NCBI GenBank assembly: GCA_035472835.1
Contig: DATIOU010000175.1
Coordinates: 39,081-103,080, forward strand
Direction of reading: 5' to 3'
Length of the DNA stretch: 64,000 nucleotides
From: Streptosporangiaceae bacterium
Lineage (GTDB): Bacteria; Actinomycetota; Actinomycetes; Streptosporangiales; Streptosporangiaceae
A model generated the notes under the pieces. It had not been told where the DNA came from, ran no database searches, and saw nothing but the letters and a program-made list of their open reading frames with translations. Shown piece after piece: positions 55,001 to 63,800 of this stretch (positions are counted from its first letter, which is position 1; the number at the start of each line of letters is the position of its first letter). Position numbers and translations under genes: made by a program.

Positions 55001-56147
55001 CGCGGAAGTGGAGAAGGTGGTGGCGCTGATACTCGAGCATGCGCGCAACCACCCCGCCGAGTCGCTGGGCGTGATCGCGCTCGGCATCAAGCACGCTGAG
55101 CGTATCGACGCCGCGCTCCGGACCGCGCTCGCAAATCTCAGCGTCCTGGCCAGCCATCAAGAGCCAGATCGGCCAAGCGGCCTTCCTGCGGTCGCCCATC
55201 GGGATAACGACAGGCTGGAAGCGTTCTTCGCCGAGGACGTGTCCGAGCCGTTCTTCGTCAAGAACCTTGAACGGGTTCAGGGCGACGAGCGAGACGCCAT
55301 CATCTTGTCGATCGGATACGGCAAGCACCCCGACGGCCGGATGCGATACCAATGGGGGCCACTGTTGCGCGATGGCGGCGAGCGGCGGCTCAACGTGGCG
55401 GCAACCCGCGCGAAGCACAGGCTGACGCTCGTCAGCTCGTTTTCCGGGCACGACGTGGACCCTGACCGGGTCAGGAAAGCCGGCGCGAGGATGCTCGCCG
55501 ACTACCTGGAGTACGCGAGTTCCGGTGGCTCGGCGCAAGAGGCGACAGGTGCCGCCGAGCTCGACTCCTTCGAGGCCGACGTGCGCGACCGGCTGGCGGC
55601 AGCCGGCATCACCGTGGTCCCGCAGTATGGCGTCGGCGGATACCGAGTGGACTTCGCCGCCATGCACCCGGAGGATCCAGGCCGAATGGTGCTCGCCATC
55701 GAGGCTGACGGTGCGACCTACTGGCAGTCCGGCAGCGTCCGGGACCGGGACCGGCTGCGCGGAGAGCACCTGCAGCGGCTCGGTTGGCGTTACCACAGGT
55801 TGTGGTCGACGAACTGGTTCGGGGATCCAGACGCCGAAGTCGCCAAGGTCCGGGACGCGTACTCACGGGCGGTGTCGCGGCCAGGGTCACGCCCGGCGCC
55901 GGGGGCGGGCGATGAATCTCCCAGCGGAGCGGACACCAGCGCCGGTGCCAGCCAGGGCAGCCAGGGCGCTGGCAGCGCAGGGCCGAGTCGCGCAGGCGCC
56001 ACTGACATAACAAGCAGGAGCCTGGTGCCGGCCACGAGGGACCTCGCCCCGGCCACGAGGGACCTCGCCCCGGCCACCCGGGACCTTGCTCCAGTGCCGA
56101 TGCAAACCAATCAAGTTGCGCCGATGGGTGATTCGGGCGAATCCTGA
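52050..56147 (+). CDS. DUF4011 / Upf1-like SF1 helicase (AAA_11/AAA_12) fused to a C-terminal Vsr/DUF559-type endonuclease-like domain
   Basis: ATG 52050 follows GGAGGAGA. N-terminal 'LTDLGGRNTLLYYKD' (DUF4011-like). Walker A 'GPPGTGKSQT', motif II 'VIFDEASQI', 'VVAGDDRQLPPT', 'VQGDERDAIILS', 'LNVAATRAKHRL'. C-terminal 'GYRVDFAAMHPE..VLAIEADGATYWQS..RDRDR..HLQRLGWRYHRLWSTNWF'. Confidence 0.85.
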   Translation: MTDYVHGSGLDQAQATDHGAEDAPDGAEEAADASENGDGEQGGSGHDDRRTHLIAAAQAGWIDALTDLGGRNTLLYYKDRRAGTLDLGAADPTVLDRFLRTGSARLTRLFHDVDARADAIRRVQVIYRKARELQEERGIRVGFLAVGMARWDELFLEPCAPVLLRGLTINPTRARHDDFDLVLDDDYELNPVLLHKLASAFGAATDDLAKADPDKIEELLARAAGDAEVPGFRITNRMVVGTFTYAKLPMVQDLQVAGELLGDSDVVAAIAGDSEAQESLRADDSAPQAVDSPERDYSVLDADSSQRNAIDAVLAGRSLVIHGPPGTGKSQTIANLIAALVARGRKVLFVAEKRAAIDAVLSRLKGASLGEVVLDIHEGTKDRVRIARELGDALDEAQRTPEPDVGDLHRRLTDRHKRLARHVSALHQLHQPWGLTPFQVQSALLGVPAEARVNVRLANPEQIGKEQADRIRDEIREFAHLGGFALRPGTTPWFGARLRDREDARRACELAVRLSSRSLPLLLDRVAKAAAEVGLRPPRAYPDAAAVMLLLASVQATARLFGVSVYAADPARLAAATSDGAGLNFRERRALRKQARALAGAGALASGRSGPTGELTDQQLSAVLSTAAGELREWLELRTDGGLPRLPRHMPELVTLFADCQGQLDALGEVVSLPADPAPLLAELAADQDTAWRLPRLYELANTFGDLYLGALIDELARREAGPDLAAGAFEHAWYSAILDHMRVLDPRYAADRGDALDEIAGDFRVHDVEHLVANRARVRRAWAESLLEACDHHPLQARVVRKQAALRRRHLPLRRLLDQASDILFAIKPCWAMSPLMVSQVLPAARVFDVVIFDEASQIVPADAIPAIMRGHQIVVAGDDRQLPPTNFFRQVGDPDDDGDEEDETFVSFGAGFESVLDALRPLLPTAPLTWHYRSRDERLVAFSNSRIYGGALTTFPGVLRDDCLRHVVVAQGPGSGQETSVDAEVEKVVALILEHARNHPAESLGVIALGIKHAERIDAALRTALANLSVLASHQEPDRPSGLPAVAHRDNDRLEAFFAEDVSEPFFVKNLERVQGDERDAIILSIGYGKHPDGRMRYQWGPLLRDGGERRLNVAATRAKHRLTLVSSFSGHDVDPDRVRKAGARMLADYLEYASSGGSAQEATGAAELDSFEADVRDRLAAAGITVVPQYGVGGYRVDFAAMHPEDPGRMVLAIEADGATYWQSGSVRDRDRLRGEHLQRLGWRYHRLWSTNWFGDPDAEVAKVRDAYSRAVSRPGSRPAPGAGDESPSGADTSAGASQGSQGAGSAGPSRAGATDITSRSLVPATRDLAPATRDLAPATRDLAPVPMQTNQVAPMGDSGES
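56041..56103 (+). repeat. 21-bp in-frame tandem repeat (3 copies) in the helicase C-terminal tail
   Basis: GCCACGAGGGACCTCGCCCCG x2, then the diverged copy GCCACCCGGGACCTTGCTCCA. Peptide is 'ATRDLAPATRDLAPATRDLAP'. Confidence 0.85.
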
Positions 56148-56217
56148 GTTTGTTGCATCATTGTCCGATCCGGCGGGTACGCTCGAAATGAACGGCTAGC
56201 TCGTCCGGAGGTGGGCC

Positions 56218-56949
56218 ATGGACCGCTTGGTCCTCTGGAACATCGATCTCACCCTGCTCGACGTCGGCAGGGTGTCACGCGATGCTTACGCCGACGCCTT
56301 CGGCCGGGTGACCGGCCGTCCGCTTGCCGCCTTGCCCCAGCTCGTGGGTCGCAGCGATACCGAGATCTTCTTCGAGTCGCTGTACCTGAACGACGTGCCG
56401 ACCGGTACCGACGAGGTTGCCGACGGTGAGCTACTCAGCCGGTACTGCTGGGAGCTGGAAGCGGCCTTCACGCTGCGCCAGGACGAACTGCTCCGCCAGG
56501 GGCGGCTGCTCTCCGGCGCGCTGGCCGCGGTGCAGGCGACGGCGACGCTGCCGGGCGTGGTCCAGACGGTCCTGACCGGCACGATCAAGCCCAACGCGGT
56601 GGCCAAGCTCAGGGCCTTCGGCCTCGACGGGTTCTTTGACCTCGAGATCGGCGGCTACGGCTCGGACGCCTACCCGCGGGGATCCCTGCTCCTGCTGGTC
56701 AAGGGGGACGCCGGGCACAAGTACGGCCGCCCGGTGAGCGATGACCGGGTGGTGTACGTCGCGGATAGTGTGCGCGACGTGGCGGCCGCGGCCACCGGAG
56801 GCGCCCGGTGCATCGCCGTCGCGACCGGTCGGGATATGGCCGCCGAGCTGCACGACGCCGGGGCGGATGTCGTCCTGCCTGACCTGGCGGACACCGGCCA
56901 GGTGATCGCGGCGATCGATCGGCTGACCATGGTGCCGGCTAACCGCTAG
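56218..56949 (+). CDS. HAD family hydrolase (phosphoglycolate phosphatase-like)
   Basis: 'LVLWNIDLTLLDV' (motif I-like), 'VLTGT', 'VYVADSVRDVAAA..GARCIAVATG'. Confidence 0.75.
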   Translation: MDRLVLWNIDLTLLDVGRVSRDAYADAFGRVTGRPLAALPQLVGRSDTEIFFESLYLNDVPTGTDEVADGELLSRYCWELEAAFTLRQDELLRQGRLLSGALAAVQATATLPGVVQTVLTGTIKPNAVAKLRAFGLDGFFDLEIGGYGSDAYPRGSLLLLVKGDAGHKYGRPVSDDRVVYVADSVRDVAAAATGGARCIAVATGRDMAAELHDAGADVVLPDLADTGQVIAAIDRLTMVPANR

Positions 56950-57641
56950 GACTTGTCCAGGATCTCCCAGGCATGATCGAGGGCGTGCCACGCGGCGCGG
57001 CGGCCGACGAAACCGGCGGGGCGCCGCGAGCGGGGTAGCTCCTGTAGCGGACGGGCACCGGCGCTGACCTGGATCTCCGCGAGAATCCTCGCCCTGACGT
57101 GGGCTAAAGCGGCCACGTCCGCTGGCGGGAAGGGCCGCGCCTTGAGCCCGAGCATCCGCGCGTGCACGGCCTCGGTTTCCCGCACATGAGCCACGATCTG
57201 ATCGCGATCCCGGCCGCCGCCGCGCGGCCCCTTGCGCAGCACTGGTGGTGCGGCGGCGGCTGTCTGCTCAAACACGTTCCAGGCCGTCCGGATCAGCGTC
57301 ACGAGCCGCTCAGCTTCCTGGGCCGCTACCGGCTCGCCGTCCAGAGCGGGTGCGACGTCGAGGGCCCCGAAGTCGGTCGTCGCCGACCCGGCGACCCGCT
57401 CCAGAACCTGGAAACTCGCCACCGCCTGCACAGGATCAAACGGGACGCTGGCCGCGGCGCATACCTGCGCGTATCGCGGCGCCGCGGCCGCCAGCGCCGA
57501 GAGTGCGGCCTGCTCGTCCCGGCCCGGCCGGCACCAGCCGGGCCATTGCAGCGCACACGCGAAGACCCGCCGCTCACCGGCCTCCAGGTAGACCTCAGTC
57601 ACGCTCCCATCTTCCTTGGTGGCGCGCCGGGATCCGGGCAA
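56946..57641 (-). CDS. hypothetical protein
   Basis: 231-aa ORF, convergent and overlapping the HAD gene by 4 nt. No motif recognised with confidence. Confidence 0.5.
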   Translation of the reverse strand: MPGSRRATKEDGSVTEVYLEAGERRVFACALQWPGWCRPGRDEQAALSALAAAAPRYAQVCAAASVPFDPVQAVASFQVLERVAGSATTDFGALDVAPALDGEPVAAQEAERLVTLIRTAWNVFEQTAAAAPPVLRKGPRGGGRDRDQIVAHVRETEAVHARMLGLKARPFPPADVAALAHVRARILAEIQVSAGARPLQELPRSRRPAGFVGRRAAWHALDHAWEILDKS

Positions 57642-57840
57642 GTCAGCGCCGGCCGCATGCGATCAGGGACCGCGTGAGCGGTGCGCCGGCCTGCCAGGCA
57701 GAACCTCAAGGGGGATCGCCCGGTCTGTGTGGCATAGTCACAATGGATGAAGGGATGCCAGGGCTCGGGGAGCCGCATACTGGTATATAACAGTCCAGTC
57801 GACGATGACGGATTGCCAACCAGGTTGGGGGGCGTAGGGC

Positions 57841-59925
57841 GTGGGTAGCGACCTGGCGCCAGCCGCCGGGCGCGAGCAAGGCGAGGCGGCTGGGCTGGCG
57901 TCAGCCGGCCGAGATTACGGCGACACCCTCTGGCAGCCTTCGACGCAGTCGGCGGCCCGCGCCGTCGTCACCAGGTACGTGGGATGGCTCGCCGATCACG
58001 GCGGCCCAGTAGTCGGCGCGCCGGGCGGCGTGCCCTCGTACGGCGACCTCTGGCAGTGGTCGGTCGACGAACCAGCCGCTTTCTGGTCCTCCATCTGGGA
58101 CTTCTTCGGGGTTCTCGGGACTCGCGGCGGCGGTCCGGTTCTGACCGGGCAGATGCCCGATGTCAGCTGGTTCGGCGGAGCCAGCCTCAACTATGCACGG
58201 AACGCCCTCCACCGGGCCGGCGTCGATCCCGCCAGCACCGCCGTCAAGTACAGCTCGGAGGCCGGCCGCCGCGGCGAGCTTAGCTACGGCGAGCTCCGTG
58301 CGCACGTCGCCCGCCTGCGGGCCGGCCTGGCCGAACTCGGCGTCGGTCTGGGTGACCGAGTCGCCGCCTACCTCCCGAACGCCCCCGAAGCACTTATCGC
58401 CATGCTCGCCACGGCGAGCCTCGGCGCGATCTGGACGTCCTGCTCTCCCGACTTCGGGCCGCACAGCGTCATCGACAGGTTCGCCCAGATCTCGCCGAAG
58501 GTCTTGCTCGGCGTCGACGGCTACGTCTACGGCGGCAAGCAGTTCGACCGCCGGCCGGAGCTGGCCGCCATCGCTAACGAGCTGCCCGGCCTGCAGGCGG
58601 TCATCCTGGTCGACTACCTCGGTACCGGCGCCAGTGACCTGAGGCTGCCGACTGGGGTCGCGCTGCTGGACTGGGCCGAGCTTGGCGCGGCCGCGGCCAG
58701 TTCGGCCGGCACAGTCGAGCTTGGCTTCACCGACGTGCCATTCGGCCACCCGCTGTGGGTGCTGTACTCCTCCGGCACCACAGGTCTGCCGAAGCCGATC
58801 ATCCACAGCCACGGCGGCATCGTCTTGGAGCATCTCAAGGCGTTGGCCCTGCACCAGGATCTGACCAGCGCGGACACGTTCTTCTGGTACACCACCACCG
58901 GCTGGATGATGTGGAACTACCTGGTCGGCGGGCTGCTGACCGGCGCCACCGTCGTGCTCTATGACGGCAGCGCCGGCTATCCGGATACCGGCGCGCTGTG
59001 GCGGCTGGTAGCGGAGGCTGGCGTGACCTACGCAGGCACCGGCGCGCCGTACCTGCTGGCCTGCATGAAGGAAGGTCTGCGGCCCGCCGCCGAGCATGAT
59101 CTCTCGGCGTTGCGCGGCGTCGGCTCCACCGGCTCGCCGCTACCGCCCGAAGGCTTCCGGTGGGTCTACCAAGAGCTGGGAACGGGGTCGTCTGGCCTCA
59201 TTCTCGGCTCGTTTTCTGGCGGCACCGATCTGTGCACCGGTTTCGTCGGCCCGTCGCCGCTGTTGCCCGTCCGGGCTGGCGTGATCTCCGGGCCATGCCT
59301 TGGCGCGAGAGTCGAAGCGTTCGATGCGGCCGGGCAGCCGGTCGTCGGCGAGGTCGGGGAGCTGGTCCTGACGCTGCCGATGCCGTCCATGCCGGTCGGG
59401 TTCTGGAACGACCCGGATGGCGCCAGGTACCGGGCCAGTTACTTTGCCGATTACCCGGGTGTCTGGCGACATGGCGACTGGATCATGATCCTGCCGGACG
59501 GCGGCTGCGTGATCTACGGCCGGTCGGACGCCACGCTGAACCGCGGCGGCGTCCGGATGGGCACGAGCGAGTTCTACCGGGTGGTCGAGCGGCTCCCGGA
59601 GGTCGCCGACAGCCTCGTCGTCGACACCGGGCAGCTCGGTCAGGAGGGGCGCCTGATCCTCTATGTCGTGCCAGCGGACGGGCACATCGTCGACGACGTG
59701 CTGATCAGGGCGATCAGGTCGCTGCTGCGGACCGAGCTGTCACCGCGCCACGTGCCGGACGAGATCAATCAGGTGCCCGGCATCCCGCGCACGCTGTCCG
59801 GCAAGAAGCTCGAGGTACCGGTGCGCAGGATCCTGCTCGGCACCCCGGTCGCCGTGGCCGCCGATCCCGACGCGCTGGCCAACCCCGACGTGCTCAGGTA
59901 CTTCGCACCCGGGGGCGCGGTGTGA
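57841..59925 (+). CDS. aacS: acetoacetate--CoA ligase (acetoacetyl-CoA synthetase)
   Basis: 'LWQWSVDEPAAFWSSIWDFFGV' N-terminus typical of AacS. AMP-binding motif 'LYSSGTTGLPKPI'. 'SGKKLEVPV' near the C-terminus. Confidence 0.85.
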   Translation: MGSDLAPAAGREQGEAAGLASAGRDYGDTLWQPSTQSAARAVVTRYVGWLADHGGPVVGAPGGVPSYGDLWQWSVDEPAAFWSSIWDFFGVLGTRGGGPVLTGQMPDVSWFGGASLNYARNALHRAGVDPASTAVKYSSEAGRRGELSYGELRAHVARLRAGLAELGVGLGDRVAAYLPNAPEALIAMLATASLGAIWTSCSPDFGPHSVIDRFAQISPKVLLGVDGYVYGGKQFDRRPELAAIANELPGLQAVILVDYLGTGASDLRLPTGVALLDWAELGAAAASSAGTVELGFTDVPFGHPLWVLYSSGTTGLPKPIIHSHGGIVLEHLKALALHQDLTSADTFFWYTTTGWMMWNYLVGGLLTGATVVLYDGSAGYPDTGALWRLVAEAGVTYAGTGAPYLLACMKEGLRPAAEHDLSALRGVGSTGSPLPPEGFRWVYQELGTGSSGLILGSFSGGTDLCTGFVGPSPLLPVRAGVISGPCLGARVEAFDAAGQPVVGEVGELVLTLPMPSMPVGFWNDPDGARYRASYFADYPGVWRHGDWIMILPDGGCVIYGRSDATLNRGGVRMGTSEFYRVVERLPEVADSLVVDTGQLGQEGRLILYVVPADGHIVDDVLIRAIRSLLRTELSPRHVPDEINQVPGIPRTLSGKKLEVPVRRILLGTPVAVAADPDALANPDVLRYFAPGGAV

Positions 59926-60758
59926 CCGAGTCAAGCGGGCGGAGCTTCGGCGAGGAAGGCGGCCGGCTTACCTACGGCACGTACCTGCGACTCCCGCAGC
60001 TGCTAGCCCAGCAGCTACCCGAGGTGACCCCGCCCGCCCACGACGAGCTCCTATTCATCATCGTTCACCAGACGTATGAGCTGTGGTTCAAGCAGCTCCT
60101 GCATGAGCTGACCGCGGTCCGGGATGCAATGCTGCCGCGCCCGGGCCAGGCCGGCGGCCACGCGCAGGCCGACGACGGCAGGCAGACGCGGCTAGCGCGG
60201 CACTTGCTGCACCGCGTGCACGTGATCGAGCGACTGCTGGTGAGCCAGATCGACGTGCTCGAGACGATGACACCGCAGGACTTTCTCGAGTTCCGGGCGG
60301 CGCTCGCGCCAGCGAGCGGATTCCAGTCCGTGCAGTTCCGGGAGCTGGAGTTCCTGTCCGGCGCCAAGGATCCTGACTTTGTCCGCAGGTTCCGGGCCCT
60401 TACCCCGGAAGAGCGTGACCGGCTGACGGCCCGGCTCGCCGAGCCGTCGCTGTGGGACGCCTACGTCGATCTGCTCGCCGCGCGCGGGCTGCCCGTCGGC
60501 GATGACAAGCAGATGCTCGCGGCCCTAGTCAGCATTGCGCGCGACCGGCCGCACCACGACGACCTATGGCAGCTCGCCGAGGATCTGCTAACCCACGATG
60601 AGCTAGCCGGGCTGTGGCGGGCCCGGCACGTCCAGATGGTCGAGCGGCAGATCGGTACCAAGTCCGGGACTGGCGGCTCCACGGGAGCCCCCTACCTGCA
60701 CCGGCGGGTGCCCTTGCGCTACTACCCGCTGCTGTGGGAACTGCGGGACTCGTTGTGA
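59922..60758 (+). CDS. kynA: tryptophan 2,3-dioxygenase
   Basis: 'LTYGTYLRLPQLLAQQ..HDELLFIIVHQTYELWFKQLLHEL' and 'SGFQSVQFRELEF'. GTG 59922 overlaps the aacS stop (GTGA). The upstream part of ORF 59160..60758 is an out-of-frame overlap with aacS. Confidence 0.9.
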   Translation: MTESSGRSFGEEGGRLTYGTYLRLPQLLAQQLPEVTPPAHDELLFIIVHQTYELWFKQLLHELTAVRDAMLPRPGQAGGHAQADDGRQTRLARHLLHRVHVIERLLVSQIDVLETMTPQDFLEFRAALAPASGFQSVQFRELEFLSGAKDPDFVRRFRALTPEERDRLTARLAEPSLWDAYVDLLAARGLPVGDDKQMLAALVSIARDRPHHDDLWQLAEDLLTHDELAGLWRARHVQMVERQIGTKSGTGGSTGAPYLHRRVPLRYYPLLWELRDSL

Positions 60759-60827
60759 TGGCCAGTCCGTTGTAACAGGTGCAACCATGCTGGAAACGGC
60801 AGCGAAGCCGGAGAAGGAGTGGGAAAC

Positions 60828-63800
60828 ATGTCGGACAGTGCGGGCGTTGCGAAGGCCGACGGCAAGCATGGCCCAGACAAGCCAGCACTGCTGTCGAAGG
60901 CAGCAGAATGCGCTGGCCGCCTTCCCGGCGTCGGTGACGTCTCCGTGTGCCTCAAGGCGTACTACCGGCATGTCGCGGTCGACGACCTGTCGGCAGCCGG
61001 GCCCGAGCGCCTGGCTGCCGTTACGGCCAGGCATGCGCAGCTCGCCACGTACCGTCCGCAAGGCCGCGCTCTCGTCGAGATAAGACGCGGTGGCGACGCT
61101 GTGCTTGACCCGCCGGCCGACGTCGTCGACATCGTTACGGACGACATGCCGTTCCTGGTCGACTCGGTGACGATGGAGCTGGCTAACCACGGTCTGGCGG
61201 CCAAGCTAGTCGTGCACCCGCAGCTTCGCGTCCGCCGGGATGTGACCGGCGCCCTGCGCGAGATCGTGGGCCAGGCGAGCGCCGGGCAGCTCAAGGATGA
61301 CGGGTCCAGTCACGATGAGCTGGCCGAGTCGTGGACGCACATCGAGATCCCGCCGCTGGCCGCCGGCGAAGACGAAGCGCTAACCGCTGACCTGCGCCGG
61401 GTTCTCGGGGACGTGCGGGTCGCGGTCGAGGATTACGGCCGGATGCGCAGCCGGGCGCTCGCGCTGGCCGACGATCTCTTGTCGCCGACTGGCCAGGGGT
61501 TCGTTATCGCCGGCTCAGGCGGTGCTGAGGCGGGCGCGCCTGACTCCGGGGCTGACGCGCCCGCGGAGATCGCCGAACTCCTGCGCTGGCTGGGCGACGG
61601 TCATTTCACGTTCCTCGGGCACCGGGAGTACGACCTGGTGACTGGTCCCGACGGGATGGCGCTGAGCTTGGTCCCCGGCACCGGCCTCGGCATCTTGCGG
61701 CATGACCGGGTCGGTCCTGGCTCGTTCGCGCTGCTGCCTGAAGAAGTGAAGGCCCGGGCCCTGGAACCGCAGCGGCTCATCGTCACCAAGGCCAACTCGA
61801 GGTCCACCGTCCACCGGCCGAGTTACCTCGACTACGTCGCCGTCAAGCGGCTGTCACCAGCGGGCGAGATCGTCGGCGAGTACCGCTTCCTCGGGCTCTA
61901 CACGCACGCCGCGTTCTCCGAGAGCATCAAGGGCATTCCGGTGCTGCGGCGCAAGCTTGCCCAGGTACTCGAGCTGTCCGGGATGGCCCCCGACAGCCAC
62001 GACGGCAAGGAAGTCGCCGAGGTGCTCGACTTCTACCCGCGCGAAGAGCTGTTCATGACGTCGGCTGCCGACCTCGCCGAGATCACGGCGGGCGTGCATG
62101 CGCTGCGCGAGCGCCGCCAGACCCGGCTCTTCCTGCGCAAGGACGTGTACGGCCGGTATGTGTCCTGCCTGATCTACCTCCCGCGCGACCGCTACACGAC
62201 GCAAGTGCGGCTGCGGGCCCAGGAGATCATGCAGCGTGCCTTCGGCGGCGCGTCGCAGGTCGAGTACAGCGTCCAGGTCGGCGAGTCTCCGGTCGCCAGG
62301 CTGCACCTCGTGGTGCGCGCCGACCGTGGCCGGCAGCTACCGGATGCCGACCCGGCGACGCTCGAGCGCGCCGTGGCCGCCGCGGTCCGGTCCTGGGACG
62401 ACGATGTGGCCGCTGAGGCCGTCGCCGCGCTCGGACCAGCGCGGGCACGGCAACTTCTCAATCAGATCGGCGGCGCGATCCCCGAGACGTACAAGACAGA
62501 CGTGCCGGCGTCAGCGGCGGTCACTGACTTCGCCCGGATCCTCAAGCTGCGGGACTCCGACCGCACCATCGACTTCGAGCTCTGGGAGTCCGAAGACTAC
62601 GTCGGCGGCGTGCCGATCGAGCCAGACGACGACGTGCCCGACACCGTCAAGCGCGTGTGGCGGCTGACGATCTACCGGACCAGCGGGCCGATCACGCTCA
62701 CCGATGTGTTGCCGCGACTGCAGCACATGGGCGTCGACGTCGTCGACGAGCATCCCTACGAATTCGCGGCTGCTGAGCCGTTCTGGATCTACGACTTCGG
62801 CTTGCGACGCAAGCCAGTTGCCGACGCGCTCGCCGGTGCGCAGGGCGACCTGATCTCGCAACAGCGCACCCGTGAGCAGGTCGAAGGCGCGCTCGCGGCG
62901 CTGTGGGACGGCCTGATCGAGGACGATGGCTTCAACGCGCTCGTCCTTGACGCGCAACTCACGTGGCGCCAGGTCGCAGTGCTGCGCGCGTACGCAAAGT
63001 ATCTGCGGCAGGCCAACATCACTTTCAGCCAGGACTACATCGAGGGCGTGCTGCGATCGAACGCCCCGATAGCGCGGCTGCTCATCATGTTGTTCGAGTC
63101 CCGGTTCGACCCGACCAAGCAGGCCGGCGAGGCCGAGCGGAGCGACGCGCTCACCGAAGAGATCGCCGGGGCGCTCGACAACGTCGCCAGTCTCGATGAG
63201 GACCGCATCCTGCGGTCGTATCTGGGGCTCATCATGGCGACGCTGCGCACCAACTACTTCAGTACGGCTTTCGGCCCCGTTCCCTATCTTGTGTTCAAAC
63301 TGGACGCCCAGCGGGTGCCAGATCTGCCGGCGCCGCGCCCGAAGTTCGAGATGTTCGTGTACTCGCCGCAATTCGAGGGAGTGCACCTGCGGTTCGCTAG
63401 CGTCGCGCGGGGCGGGCTGCGCTGGTCGGATCGCCGCGAGGACTTCCGCACCGAGATCCTCGGCCTGGCGAAAGCGCAGGAGGTCAAGAACTCGGTCATC
63501 GTGCCGTCCGGGGCCAAGGGCGGCTTCGTGTGCAAGCAGCTGCCCGATCCGGCTGGCCGGGAGGCGTACCAGGGCGAGGTGCTCGCCTGCTACCGGATGT
63601 TCATCTCGGCGATGCTGGACGTCGCCGACAACCTCGAGGCTGGTCAGGTCATCCCGCCCGAGCACGTGGTGCGGCACGACGCGGACGACCCGTACCTGGT
63701 CGTCGCCGCGGACAAGGGGACGGCGACGTTCTCGGACACGGCGAACGAGATCGCGATGAGCCGCGGCTTCTGGCTGGGGGATGCGTTCGCCTCCGGTGGC

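Noticed and set aside
57770-57800. ACTGG-N11-CCAGT partial palindrome in an AT-rich patch (TGGTATATAACAGTCCAG) upstream of aacS, as a possible operator
   Set aside because: It has only 5-bp arms with a non-symmetric centre, and no adjacent regulator gene. That is too weak to call from sequence alone.
59160-59921. Upstream 254 aa of ORF 59160..60758, which would make a 532-aa TDO fusion
   Set aside because: This part overlaps aacS out of frame and is R/G/P-rich. Similarity to tryptophan 2,3-dioxygenase only begins after the GTG at 59922.
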